Source: Candidatus Thorarchaeota archaeon
GTDB lineage: Archaea > Asgardarchaeota > Thorarchaeia > Thorarchaeales > Thorarchaeaceae
DNA length: 64,000 nt
Assembly (NCBI GenBank): GCA_029855935.1
Contig: JAGSHN010000004.1
Location: forward strand, 118,022 to 182,021
Reading direction: 5' to 3'
Positions 1 to 9,842 of the stretch are shown here, one piece after another; within the stretch, counting starts at the first letter, position 1; each line of letters begins with the position of its first letter. The notes under the pieces are model-generated. The model did not search any database. It had not been told where the DNA came from and saw only the letters and a program-made list of their open reading frames with translations. Position numbers and translations under genes: made by a program.

Positions 1-153
1 CCTCGCCTCGATCAGTCGTATTGTTTCCCCATCGAAGACAGGAGATTGCCGAATCTCTGATAGTGCGGTCTGCAGTCGTTCGGGGCGTTCTGGATGTCCG
101 ACAGACATCTTGTGTTTGATAAAGTAGTCATGATAAATGATGTCCGTTGTCAT
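1..153 (-). CDS. Histone deacetylase/acetoin utilization family protein, N-terminal part (truncated by window start)
   Basis: Manual translation MTTDIIYHDYFIKHKMSVGHPERPERLQTALSEI; HPERPERL is the HDAC-family N-terminal motif. Confidence 0.8.
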   Translation of the reverse strand, partial: MTTDIIYHDYFIKHKMSVGHPERPERLQTALSEIRQSPVFDGETIRLIEAR

Positions 154-278
154 TTGACCGACTCCTCGGGATTAGAGTACTAGAACAAAACCATCTCTTC
201 TTCGTTCATAGATAAGTCATTCACATCCCGAAAGCAATCTTTATCTTGGAACCAGCCGCGAAAGTATTACTGTAGAAT

Positions 279-384
279 GGGTCGGTAGTCTAGCTTGGTA
301 TGATTCTTGCTTGGGGTGGCTCAAGTCATCGCTTGAGTCACAGATTGCAAGAGGTCGGGCGTTCAAGTCGCCCCCGGCCCACCA
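279..384 (+). tRNA. tRNA-Pro(GGG) with 37/38 intron (~317-345), CCA encoded
   Basis: Acceptor GGGTCGG/CCGGCCC-ACCA; anticodon stem CTTGC/GCAAG; loop TT-GGG-G interrupted by a hairpin intron; GTTCAAGT T-loop. Confidence 0.92.
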
Positions 385-472
385 TCATCAATTTTCTTCC
401 TCTGTTGCCAGTCGACTGTTCCAAGGTCTTGTGTTTCCAATAAGCGAACAGGCGTACCTAGGGTAGGAGTCA

Positions 473-1033
473 CTAGAGGGGAATCTCCCATAACGTTTCG
501 TAGATTGGACCTGCGGGCGTTAGTGTGCTCTTTTTCATCCTTATGCAGGTGACAGACATAGTTCCAACAACCTCGTTCCTCAATGACTCTATGTTGCGAA
601 GGAACCGGTCCCGGTCACGAACACTACGCACACGAGCAATGGTCAGATGAGTCTTGAACCTCTTGTCTGGAGGATAACCCAGATTTCCCAAGAGATCGTC
701 TATCTGTGACTTTAGCGAAACCATCTTGTCGTGACCATCACTCACACCGACCCAGATCACTCGTGCACGGGTTAGCGTCGGGAATGCACCAACGCCCTCC
801 ATCCGTACTGCGAACGGCCTGGCTTGGAGCGACTGTAGACTATCACGGATTATGTCCGTCTTGGATAAGGGAGTATCCCCGAAGAATCGCAGGGTGAAAT
901 GCACATTCTGTATTTCGACCAACTTGAGCTTGGCGGCATGCTGATCAAGGCGGCTCTGAAGGTGATGAATCCTATCGCGTAGTGATGGTTCTTCAACATC
1001 GATGCTTAGAAAGGCTCGGACGGTGGAACTCAT
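473..1033 (-). CDS. thpR: RNA 2',3'-cyclic phosphodiesterase (2'-5' RNA ligase, 2H family)
   Basis: RAFLSI N-terminus, two HxT motifs (HFTL, HLTI), GAFP..ARVIW, S.LTP.GPIYE; start taken at ATG 1033. Confidence 0.92.
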   Translation of the reverse strand: MSSTVRAFLSIDVEEPSLRDRIHHLQSRLDQHAAKLKLVEIQNVHFTLRFFGDTPLSKTDIIRDSLQSLQARPFAVRMEGVGAFPTLTRARVIWVGVSDGHDKMVSLKSQIDDLLGNLGYPPDKRFKTHLTIARVRSVRDRDRFLRNIESLRNEVVGTMSVTCIRMKKSTLTPAGPIYETLWEIPL

Positions 1034-1174
1034 CGCAATCACATGGACTCCATTTGGGGTGGCATTCAACTTCAATGTGCCGACCCACAGATGATGTAGT
1101 ACGTATGTGAAACGTTACAGTTCGCTAGTCTTAAAGGCACACACCTGAGGAATTGACAGTCGAAGGGTTTCAAG

Positions 1175-2302
1175 TTGACAAGAAAGGAGTCAGGTGTCGA
1201 TCTACCGGCCTCCACAAGGGGCACCGTGAAGAAGTCATCTCGGAGAGGGAGGGCGGAAACGTACGGTGCAAGGAGAGTAGTGTTGCGGCCGATTGGGTAT
1301 CCGTTTAGACTGAGGGGGGACCCTCAGCCATCAGGGATAGAAATAGATGACGATGGACTCTTTCAGGACTATGCACGCGAGCAGTGGATTGGAAGCGTCG
1401 TGAGAAAGGGGATGTACCTCTTTGACCGTTACGTTATGCCAGACTTCGCCTTTCACGTTCTTGATGTTGTTCCCGAGGGGTCTGTGATAACGAGGGACAC
1501 GGAGATAGTGCTGCAGAATGGGCGAAGTGGTAAGCCAAATGCCTCCTTGAAACCAGTGCCGTTTGAAGATATCATCGGACACGACGATGTGAAGTCCAAA
1601 TGTCAAATCATTCTTCGATACCTGAACGACCCGACATTATATGAGGAGTGGGCTCCGCGTGCCGTCCTTTTCTATGGTCCACCTGGCACAGGAAAGACTA
1701 TGACAGCTGTTGCCCTCGCCAGTAAGGCCAAGGCTAATGTTATCATCGTAAAAGCACCGGACCTCATAGGCGCCCATGTGGGCGACGGAGCAAGACGCAT
1801 AGCAGCTGTCTTCGATGAGGCAAGAGGAGCGGCACCAAGCATCGTGTTCATAGACGAGATTGATGCTATTGCACTCCATAGATCATTTCAGTCAGTCCGT
1901 GGAGACGTATCGGAGATAGTCACGACACTGCTGGGAGAGATCGACCGGACTGTAGATGATGTGCCAGTGGTGGTCATTGCTGCAACTAATGCAATTGAAC
2001 TGTTGGATCCCGCAGTGAGAAGTAGATTTGACGCCGCCTTTGAGTTCCGGCTACCAACAGATGAAGAGAGATACCAGATTCTTGAGATGTATGCCTCTCG
2101 CCTGCCCCTGCCTGTGAGGGCGGACCTCAAGCTCATAGCAAGGAGATCACATGGACTATCGGGACGCGACCTTCGCAACCGCCTTCTAAAGGAGGCGTTC
2201 CATCTTGCCGTTGTTGAGGGACTGGATCACGTTCCAGCACGAATCTTGATGTCAGTACTTCAAAAGATAATGTCGAGGAAACGACCAGACTATGTCTTGT
2301 AA
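1175..2302 (+). CDS. Archaeal AAA+ ATPase (COG1223-like)
   Basis: FQDYAREQW..YLFD N-domain; GPPGTGKT; FIDEIDAI; AATN; RSRF. Confidence 0.85.
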   Translation: MTRKESGVDLPASTRGTVKKSSRRGRAETYGARRVVLRPIGYPFRLRGDPQPSGIEIDDDGLFQDYAREQWIGSVVRKGMYLFDRYVMPDFAFHVLDVVPEGSVITRDTEIVLQNGRSGKPNASLKPVPFEDIIGHDDVKSKCQIILRYLNDPTLYEEWAPRAVLFYGPPGTGKTMTAVALASKAKANVIIVKAPDLIGAHVGDGARRIAAVFDEARGAAPSIVFIDEIDAIALHRSFQSVRGDVSEIVTTLLGEIDRTVDDVPVVVIAATNAIELLDPAVRSRFDAAFEFRLPTDEERYQILEMYASRLPLPVRADLKLIARRSHGLSGRDLRNRLLKEAFHLAVVEGLDHVPARILMSVLQKIMSRKRPDYVL

Positions 2303-2326
2303 AGGAGGCACAGGAGAACGCACAGA

Positions 2327-2887
2327 ATGAGAGTGATAATAGTGACTGGCATGCCCGGCTCTGGAAAGAGTGAGGCCGCGCGTCTGCTAAACGAGGAATA
2401 CGGCATCCCCATCGTTGTGATGGGCGATGTTGTCCGCGACGTCATTCGTGAGAGGGGGCTGGAGCCGACACCTGAGCTCACGAGGGAAACTATGCTGCGT
2501 CTGCGGGAGGAGGATGGCCCGGGCGCCATTGCAATGAGATGTCTGGACAAACTCCGTGACTGTGGTTCCGATGTGGTTGTCATCGAGGGCTGCAGAAGCT
2601 TGGCCGAGGTGGAGGTATTTGAGAGAGAGGCGCGGACGATCACAATCGTATGTATTCATTCATCACCCACGACCAGATTCACGCGACTGAAACTCAGAGG
2701 CAGATCCGATGCTCCGCTGGACTACCAATCGTTCCGTAGACGGGATCTGACGGAGTTGTCAGTGGGCATCGGGGGGGTGATAGCGCTCGCAGACTTCATG
2801 ATAGTCAATGAGGGCACACTCGAAGAATTCTGTGCACGAGTACGACAGATTGCGGAGAGGATACTTGGAAATGAGGGTTGTTGTTGA
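2327..2887 (+). CDS. UPF0200 / dephospho-CoA kinase-like P-loop NMP kinase
   Basis: VTGMPGSGKS, MGDVVR, RGRSD, AD..I.NEG. Confidence 0.85.
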   Translation: MRVIIVTGMPGSGKSEAARLLNEEYGIPIVVMGDVVRDVIRERGLEPTPELTRETMLRLREEDGPGAIAMRCLDKLRDCGSDVVVIEGCRSLAEVEVFEREARTITIVCIHSSPTTRFTRLKLRGRSDAPLDYQSFRRRDLTELSVGIGGVIALADFMIVNEGTLEEFCARVRQIAERILGNEGCC

Positions 2888-3281
2888 TTGTCCCACGTAT
2901 CCAACCGAGGATCCAGAAAAGGTCCTCTTGGCGGTCACAAGCCTCTTTCCAGACTTAGAGTTCAGACCCACCGAGAACGGCGTACGAGCCGAGACAAGCG
3001 GGAGAAGCGGTCTCGAGTGGCTCCGGTCGAGAATCTTCGAACGACGTATAATCGACGCCACTCGCGCTCGTCTCTACTCAAACGCTGACGATGATCACAC
3101 CAGACTTCACCTTGACAAACAGGCCGGACTGCACGGCCGCGTACGCATAGTTGATGAGTTCGAGGAGGAACCCCCGCTCGGAACCATTGTGGTAGACTTC
3201 TTCTTTGAGTCCACGAGAGAGATGGAGGAGTTCATCAAGTGGATTGCTCCACCCACAGAAGATGGACGCGCGTTAATCTAG
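2871..3281 (+). CDS. UPF0201 (DUF54) putative RNA-binding protein
   Basis: YPTEDPEKV..A...FP and L.KQA motifs; typical neighbour of UPF0200. Confidence 0.8.
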   Translation: MRVVVDCPTYPTEDPEKVLLAVTSLFPDLEFRPTENGVRAETSGRSGLEWLRSRIFERRIIDATRARLYSNADDDHTRLHLDKQAGLHGRVRIVDEFEEEPPLGTIVVDFFFESTREMEEFIKWIAPPTEDGRALI

Positions 3282-4288
3282 TGATGTTGAACCACAAAGA
3301 TCTCTCTTGTCAGTGCAGCATGGACACGGACCTCCACCTGAACCTCAATGGATAGAGCATGTCTGCGAATCATCTCTTCCGCCCGCATCCTGCTATCAGT
3401 ACAGAGGCACATTCGCCCCCCAGCACGTAGGAGCGATGACAGTTGGCTCAACAGGGAGTCCACTAGCAGTCGTGCGTGCTCGCCCCTTGTCGAGCTTACT
3501 CGGCCATAGGGAGGGTCGGTGACTATCGAGTCACATTGAGCCAAGGGAATCTGTCGCGCGTCCCCCTGAATCAGAGAGAAGTCCACTCCACCCGTGTCTG
3601 ACAAGTTGGCACGTGCACCTTGAAGCAGTTTCCAATTGATTTCAAGACCGATCACGCGTGCCCCAAGGTCAGCCGCCTCACAGAGGATTCCTCCAGCCCC
3701 ACAGAATGGGTCAAGAACCACATTGCCAGGGAGAAGACGCGCAAGATTGCACATTGCACGAGCAAGTGGGGCATTCATGATTGATGGGTGAAAAAAGGGG
3801 CGCTTGCGCGACTTTCGCAGCATTACTTCTCTACGGGTCACGGAGCGCTGGAGGTCCCCCAAGAGGAGTGTGCCATTGCAGTCGATTGCCAACAGGGGCA
3901 GGTCGGGACTGTCTAGATTAACTCGTAGGCCAGTATTGCGCTTCACAACGGCTCCAACCTCTACGGCCAGCTCGCGACCAGAGGACCGTGGTTGACTGAC
4001 GATGAAGCCTCTCAGTGCAAACGACCTTGCATTACCCAGAAACTCTGACAACGTGACAAGTCGAAGGTCCTCCGGTCTGTCGGCCTCTTCAAAGATTCTA
4101 CCAGTGACCTGAAGAAATGCAGCTCGATGCAGAAGCGGTACTGTGACATCAATCTTGCTGTTAATCAGACACAGTCGCCCGCACCAGCTTGTATCGGCGG
4201 AAGGGTCGTAAGTATGTACGATTGACTCAACTTCGGCTCTTGCAAGGTCAGGTAGTTCCCCACTCACAATGGCGTACTGTCTTCTCAA
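3278..4288 (-). CDS. THUMP-domain tRNA (guanine(10)-N2) methyltransferase, Trm11/TrmG10
   Basis: VSGELPDLA, RPFFHP, DPFCGAGG, TDPPYG; start uncertain (TTG 4288; ORF open to 4360). Confidence 0.85.
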   Translation of the reverse strand: MRRQYAIVSGELPDLARAEVESIVHTYDPSADTSWCGRLCLINSKIDVTVPLLHRAAFLQVTGRIFEEADRPEDLRLVTLSEFLGNARSFALRGFIVSQPRSSGRELAVEVGAVVKRNTGLRVNLDSPDLPLLAIDCNGTLLLGDLQRSVTRREVMLRKSRKRPFFHPSIMNAPLARAMCNLARLLPGNVVLDPFCGAGGILCEAADLGARVIGLEINWKLLQGARANLSDTGGVDFSLIQGDARQIPLAQCDSIVTDPPYGRVSSTRGEHARLLVDSLLSQLSSLLRAGGRMCLCTDSRMRAEEMIRRHALSIEVQVEVRVHAALTREIFVVQHH

Positions 4289-4298
4289 TGCAATCAGC

Positions 4299-5063
4299 TC
4301 ATCGGACGAGATTGTCGCCAGCAAGAAAGATACGCTGCATAGCACCGTAGAGATGGCCAATGCCAGTCATCTGCTTTGCAGATACTGGAAGAAGGACGGG
4401 GCCGCCTCCTAGGTCCTGTAGCATCCTCAGAATTGCTGTGGCATACTCCCTGTTAAGCCCTCTCGAAGACTCCAGCAATGCCTCCTCCAGGACATACGGA
4501 TCCTCAGACCAAGACACTATCTCTTCGACTTTGTCATCTGACAGGATGTCAGACTTGCTTAACAGGTTGAGCTGGGGCAACCCAAAACGGAGATTGATAG
4601 ACAGGCCCAGCAGCATCGATGATAGATATCCCTCGGGAGTGCGGGCAATATTGGCATCAAGAAGATGCAGTGTGAGAGATGGCTCACGCTCGGCAATGGA
4701 CGACACCATCAGAGGGCCAGAGTTGCGATAGGCGAACAGCTCCATCTGGCCCGGACAGTCAACAATCGCGTAGTCCACACCCGTTTCAAAGACCTCATCA
4801 CGTAGGTCCTGCACATGGTTCACAGCCATATCCAATGCGGCCACCAGACCACCATTAGGACCAAGACCGAAAGTGCGGACTATCTCGTCATAGTCAACAT
4901 ACTCGCGTATATCCACATCACTGGTATAGGGGGGGCTGTCCACCCCGGGATCCAAGTTCACAATTGCAACGCTCAGCTCCATTCCGAGGAGCCACTTTTC
5001 CAGGGACGCGGTAAGTAGCGACTTTCCCGAACCAGCTGTACCAACCACAAATGTGAAGAACAT
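4299..5063 (-). CDS. GPN-loop GTPase
   Basis: GTAGSGKS, NLDPG, GLGPNG, DCPGQMELF, SKSD. Confidence 0.93.
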   Translation of the reverse strand: MFFTFVVGTAGSGKSLLTASLEKWLLGMELSVAIVNLDPGVDSPPYTSDVDIREYVDYDEIVRTFGLGPNGGLVAALDMAVNHVQDLRDEVFETGVDYAIVDCPGQMELFAYRNSGPLMVSSIAEREPSLTLHLLDANIARTPEGYLSSMLLGLSINLRFGLPQLNLLSKSDILSDDKVEEIVSWSEDPYVLEEALLESSRGLNREYATAILRMLQDLGGGPVLLPVSAKQMTGIGHLYGAMQRIFLAGDNLVR

Positions 5064-5171
5064 GGCACTCTGATGGTTTCAGACCAACAATTCGCTCTTA
5101 GATGCTTCGGACCAGACGGCGCTGGCAGTTGGAGAGAAAGGCATAACAGACAGTCGGACTGTGTGACTGCT

Positions 5172-5921
5172 ATGGTGAGAGGCGAAACGCTCAGGCGCCT
5201 TGCCGAGATAATGGCAGGAGACATCTGCTTGGCAGACGAGGATCCAGGAACCGTGATGAAACGATGGCGAGAGCGTTTTCATGTATCTCAGAAGGACCTT
5301 GCAAGGCAACTTGGTGTTTCCCCCTCCGTGATTAGTGACTATGAGAGCGGGCGAAGAAAGTCCCCACGTGTCGAAACCATAAAGAGATTTGTCGAGGGTC
5401 TCCTTGAGATAGATGCCGCAAACGGTGGGCGTGTCGCAGCGGCAATGGAGAAGCTAGTGACGCCGGCAATCGCATCCGACGCGATCCTAGATAGCCGAGA
5501 GTTCCGGGTGCCCGTGTTGGCACGGCTCTTTGTCGATTGGCTCAGATGCCGGGTGTTGACACATGCCCCCCTGCTAGAAAGAGAGATTTATGGCTATACG
5601 GCCCTCGACAGCATTAAGGCAATAGTTTCACTTAGCCCTAAGCAACTCCTGAGATTGTATGGAGGCACAACACGTAGAGCGGCCGTACTCACGAACGTGT
5701 CAACGGGCCGGTCTCCGATGGTGGCCATAAAGGCGAGCCAGATAGGAACATCGACAGCTGTGAAACCCGCAGTGGTCATACTACAGGGGGTGAAAGAGCT
5801 CGATCCACTGGCTGTCAAGATCGCAGATGGAATTCACGTTCCGCTCTGCGTTTCGGACATTCCAACACAAGAGGAGCTGGTTCGGCGATTGCGAGGATTT
5901 GACCCTATTGAGCGGAGGTAG
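5172..5921 (+). CDS. XRE-family HTH transcriptional regulator (COG1709-like)
   Basis: SQKDLARQLGVSPSVISDYESGRRKSP; IYGYT..DS, NVSTGRSPMVAIK. Confidence 0.85.
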   Translation: MVRGETLRRLAEIMAGDICLADEDPGTVMKRWRERFHVSQKDLARQLGVSPSVISDYESGRRKSPRVETIKRFVEGLLEIDAANGGRVAAAMEKLVTPAIASDAILDSREFRVPVLARLFVDWLRCRVLTHAPLLEREIYGYTALDSIKAIVSLSPKQLLRLYGGTTRRAAVLTNVSTGRSPMVAIKASQIGTSTAVKPAVVILQGVKELDPLAVKIADGIHVPLCVSDIPTQEELVRRLRGFDPIERR

Positions 5922-5926
5922 AAGAA

Positions 5927-7225
5927 TTGTTGGAACAGGCGATTGAAATAAACGACCCTATTCTTGGATTCATAGGAGTTACCGAGCTCGAAAAGAGAGT
6001 TATCGACTCGGAGCCATATCAACGGCTTCGTAGAATCAAGCAACTCTCTGGGGGGCATTTTGTATATCCTACTGCCGAACATACGAGATTTGGCCACTGC
6101 CTCGGAGCTATGCATCTTGCATCTCGCCTGGGCGAGAAACTGTTGCCACACCTAGGTCTTGGAGATGACGATCTGCAGGAAGTTCGCGTGGCAAGCCTCC
6201 TCCACGACATTGGTCACGGGCCGTTCAGCCACGTCTTTGAGGAAGTTCTACTAGAGCATAGAGGAATGAATCATGAGGATATGACCGAGTGGATAATCGA
6301 GGAGAGTGTAGTCGGGGATTTATTGAGTGATTTTGGGATAGTGCCCTCTCGAGTTGCTGATTTGGTTCGAGGAAGAAGGAAGAAGAAAGTGGATGCAGTC
6401 TTGGCGGGCATTGTAGCTGGGCAAATCGATGCGGACAAGATGGACTATCTCGTTCGAGATTCCTTCTACTGCGGGGTTAATTACGGGCTCATTGACCAAG
6501 ACAGGCTCTTGGACAATGTTGAGATAGGAGAGGACTATGCTATGGAGTTCTCCCTTGCCACTAGGGGCACCCTAGAGGCATTTCTCGTGGCACGCTATGA
6601 GATGTTCATGAATGTCTACTACCACAAGACTGTGCGGAGTGTTGAGGTGATGCTCGTCAAGCTGATGACGGCGGCAAACGATGTCTTGCAGTTGGTCGAC
6701 TTTGGGAGCCCTGAGGAGTTTCTGAAACTGGACGACATCTCTGTAGTGTCGAGAATCAGAAAAGTCGATCCATCTGAGTCCGCCGAGGCGGCGGAAGCCT
6801 TGGAGATGGTCAGGCGGTTAGACTCACGCGTCCTCTACAAGCCAGCATTTGAGAAGATCCTTTACACTGGGGACAAGTTTGTTTCCAAACTGCTCACGAA
6901 ACGAAAAGTGAGAGAAACCATCGAGGAAGAGATAGCGGAAGAGGCGCATGTCCCACGGGAGGAGGTGATAGTTGATGTTCCAACACTGCCGTCCGTTCCG
7001 CACAACCCCCACCAAGAGGACCCAATGGAGATCTATATTTTCGAGATTGTGGAGGGTGAGAAGAAGCGGAGAAATCTCTCAGAGTTGTCCAACATAGCAG
7101 AGATGATGAAGGGATACCTTGATGTGATACGTGTCTATACACATGCCAAATATAGAAGAAGGGTTGAGCGGGCTGCACGGGCGGTCTTCAAGGGAGTGCC
7201 CGCGAGCGCAGAGATTCATATGTGA
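5927..7225 (+). CDS. HD-domain phosphohydrolase, SAMHD1/dNTP triphosphohydrolase-like
   Basis: QRLRRIKQL, HTRFGHCLG, LLHDIGHGPFSH, DADKMDYLVRD, VYYHK. Confidence 0.9.
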   Translation: MLEQAIEINDPILGFIGVTELEKRVIDSEPYQRLRRIKQLSGGHFVYPTAEHTRFGHCLGAMHLASRLGEKLLPHLGLGDDDLQEVRVASLLHDIGHGPFSHVFEEVLLEHRGMNHEDMTEWIIEESVVGDLLSDFGIVPSRVADLVRGRRKKKVDAVLAGIVAGQIDADKMDYLVRDSFYCGVNYGLIDQDRLLDNVEIGEDYAMEFSLATRGTLEAFLVARYEMFMNVYYHKTVRSVEVMLVKLMTAANDVLQLVDFGSPEEFLKLDDISVVSRIRKVDPSESAEAAEALEMVRRLDSRVLYKPAFEKILYTGDKFVSKLLTKRKVRETIEEEIAEEAHVPREEVIVDVPTLPSVPHNPHQEDPMEIYIFEIVEGEKKRRNLSELSNIAEMMKGYLDVIRVYTHAKYRRRVERAARAVFKGVPASAEIHM

Positions 7226-7242
7226 TGAGGCGAGCGAGTTTT

Positions 7243-7827
7243 TCAGTCCACGGATGCCTGGGGAAGAATACTGGCACGTATCGCATTCTGGAACAGCATC
7301 TGAAAGGCCTCCAGAATGTTGGTGCCGTTACGGGCTACGCTCGGGAAAATTGGAACAGCAAGAGGAATCTTCACCGAGGAACGGAACTCTTGCTCACCAA
7401 TCGGATTCGGCATATCATACTTGTTCAGTAGTATGACCACTGGGACTATCCTCTCGGCTGAGTCTATCATATCTACAAGCTCATTCCAGCTAGCGATGTT
7501 GTCATCCAGAAGATGCCTCTGTGAGTCGGCCACAAATACCACCCCATCGGTTCCGGTCATAACAACATCGCGAGTCGCACGATAGAAGTCTTGACCTGTT
7601 GCAGTCCATACATGGGCACTGATACTCCACCCAGAAGATATGGGGATGGAGAGTGTGCCGTAGTCGCAGAACATCGTTCTGCCAAGAGTGTTCTCGATGG
7701 AGCTGAGTCTGTCTGGACAACCCAGCGCCTTGAACAGCCAGCGTACCGATGTCGTCTTTCCACTCATTGCTGGACCAAAGAAGACAATCTTCAGGCCAAT
7801 GTTCCGATTTCCATAGTCAACAATCAT
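7243..7827 (-). CDS. MglA-like small GTPase (Ras superfamily)
   Basis: KIVFFGPAMSGKTT, RTMFCD, TATGQ, DGVVFVADS, NKYD. Confidence 0.88.
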   Translation of the reverse strand: MIVDYGNRNIGLKIVFFGPAMSGKTTSVRWLFKALGCPDRLSSIENTLGRTMFCDYGTLSIPISSGWSISAHVWTATGQDFYRATRDVVMTGTDGVVFVADSQRHLLDDNIASWNELVDMIDSAERIVPVVILLNKYDMPNPIGEQEFRSSVKIPLAVPIFPSVARNGTNILEAFQMLFQNAIRASILPQASVD

Positions 7828-7841
7828 GTCATCTTATCCTC

Positions 7842-8762
7842 CTAAGCGCCCCACATACTATCCACCCACGACCCCAACCCCAGGAGAGTATCGTCTGTGA
7901 CGCAATCAGAGAAATCCTCGTGCCACTCAGCACCAATGAAGCGGACAAAACTGGAGAGACCACCAATGTTCCATCCAGCCGCCTCAAACAGGTTTCTCTC
8001 AGTCAACCGTACATTAATGCCAAACTCGCGAACAAGACGAACTCTCGTCAGAATCGTCACAGCACGACGAGCAGCGTGAACAAAGGCGGAAATCTCCTCG
8101 ACAAACATGTCACGTGTCACCATCTCAGCCTCTTCTTCCAGATCAAGGAAAGAGTCGATGAAATTGCCAGCGAGAGATTGACCACGCAGGGACTTTCTCA
8201 GGAGACGGCGAATACGCTCCAAAGCCTGTTTCTTGCGCCCCAGAATCTTGGAGAGGATGTGCGATTCTATCGTGGGTTTGGCAGGAAGGGGACGAGCCAT
8301 CTTGAATTCCGCGTCGGAGGGGCCATACACCCGTAGAATGCCACAGTTGGGGGAAGAAGCCAAGATGACAGTGAGTAGACGGTCGACCATCAGTTCGTCT
8401 ATTGTTAGACCTAGCGATTTCTCGCCCAGTGAAACTCCTATTATCCAAGCCGTGAAGGAAGTTATTCTATCGATTACGAGGCGCAATGAGTTGGAGAGAG
8501 AGCAAACTATGACTCTAGAGGCCTCGAAGTCGTGACGCTCTTCTTCCAACAGGGAAAGCAGCTCATCTTCTGTCGTGAAGTCCCGCCAGAAAACGACTCG
8601 GTGTCTATGCGGGGCAATCTCAGCTAGACTCTTTACAAAATCGTCAACGACCTCCGAGTCACTGCCAACAACGAGTATGGGGTACCTGTGAAGAACAGCA
8701 TGTAGCATCAATGGAAACTGTCTATCGAAGAGGGTCATCAGTTTCAGTATTGAGTACGACAT
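7842..8762 (-). CDS. Hypothetical protein, possible core-DENN (folliculin-like) domain
   Basis: LHAVLHRYPILVVGSDSEVVDDFVKSLAEIAP resembles the DENN/folliculin helix-strand-helix motif; lies between the roadblock and GTPase genes. Confidence 0.45.
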   Translation of the reverse strand: MSYSILKLMTLFDRQFPLMLHAVLHRYPILVVGSDSEVVDDFVKSLAEIAPHRHRVVFWRDFTTEDELLSLLEEERHDFEASRVIVCSLSNSLRLVIDRITSFTAWIIGVSLGEKSLGLTIDELMVDRLLTVILASSPNCGILRVYGPSDAEFKMARPLPAKPTIESHILSKILGRKKQALERIRRLLRKSLRGQSLAGNFIDSFLDLEEEAEMVTRDMFVEEISAFVHAARRAVTILTRVRLVREFGINVRLTERNLFEAAGWNIGGLSSFVRFIGAEWHEDFSDCVTDDTLLGLGSWVDSMWGA

Positions 8763-9706
8763 CAGTCATTACCTCCCAGTACTAATCGTGGCTCGGCTAT
8801 TCCTGACATCAGGAGCTCGCGCAAGTCCTCCGGTATGCTCGTGGATGCCCTAGACAGCGATTCCAGAACTTGAGAGGCCTCGGCAAGATAGTGGCGCAAT
8901 AGAAGACGAATGAGACCAAGCTTCTGGTTTGTGTGACCGACCCAGAGACTAAAGACTCCGTTGGGAACGGAGTAGAGAAAGTGGCGGCCACGTTCAGCCT
9001 CACAGAGAACTCGTTGAAGAGAGGCGTTCCTGAGGGTTCGCACAACACGTTCAGATGCCCCGTGCAGGGCAAATGACATGGCAGCGAATCTGTCGTCTGT
9101 GAATCCCGTCAGAGATATTCGGATTCCACCATTGAGAGCAAAGAAGGCAGAGTGAGTCCCAGGAATTGTGTCACTGATCTGTTGGAGAATATTACGAAGG
9201 CCGAGAGCATGTGCGCGATCTAGAGAAAGGATGGGGTACGAGGTCGGGTTGTGAGCAACAATACCATCTGTCACGGAGAACCCGCTGAGCACCTCACGCG
9301 TATCGTCTGGTGAATAGGATCTCAATGGGGGCCGCCTGCCCTCAAGGTGCTCTTGGAGAAGAAACGTGATCCGTGACAGGTTCTGCTTCATTTCCATGAA
9401 GAGCGCGGCCAGATTGACACGTGGAGCGGTTGTCACTGTGAGGAAGAAGTGCGGATTCTTGGGAAGCGACGCTAGAAAGATCTTTGAGGTGTCGGTTTCC
9501 ATCAGTAGATACTTGAATGCCCCATGTACGAGTCTTGCCACTCCAAAGATTGCACAAGTGGCTGACGCGACTGAGAAGACTTCATCTCTGCTGAACCAGA
9601 CTCCGGCACTGGCGACAGGTAGCCCATCTTGCTGGATGAGTACTACGTTCTCAACGCCGACTATCTCGCGAATGTCCTGTAGTGCTTCGTTGAGCTCGCT
9701 CGTCAA
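8762..9706 (-). CDS. Tandem Roadblock/LC7 (MglB-like) domain protein
   Basis: GVENVVLIQQDGLPVAS..VNLAALF and a second copy PGTHSAFFALNGG..KLGLIRL; start uncertain (ORF open to 9769). Confidence 0.78.
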   Translation of the reverse strand: MTSELNEALQDIREIVGVENVVLIQQDGLPVASAGVWFSRDEVFSVASATCAIFGVARLVHGAFKYLLMETDTSKIFLASLPKNPHFFLTVTTAPRVNLAALFMEMKQNLSRITFLLQEHLEGRRPPLRSYSPDDTREVLSGFSVTDGIVAHNPTSYPILSLDRAHALGLRNILQQISDTIPGTHSAFFALNGGIRISLTGFTDDRFAAMSFALHGASERVVRTLRNASLQRVLCEAERGRHFLYSVPNGVFSLWVGHTNQKLGLIRLLLRHYLAEASQVLESLSRASTSIPEDLRELLMSGIAEPRLVLGGND

Positions 9707-9842
9707 TCTATGGGCCTCACATAACAATGGTCTGCAGTAGGGTTTGGTAGAACAGTATATAATCACCACACAGCACAGTCCATATAGTCACACACAATGA
9801 CAATGCCAGATTGAACCATAGCGAATTGGAAGACAGTACTGT

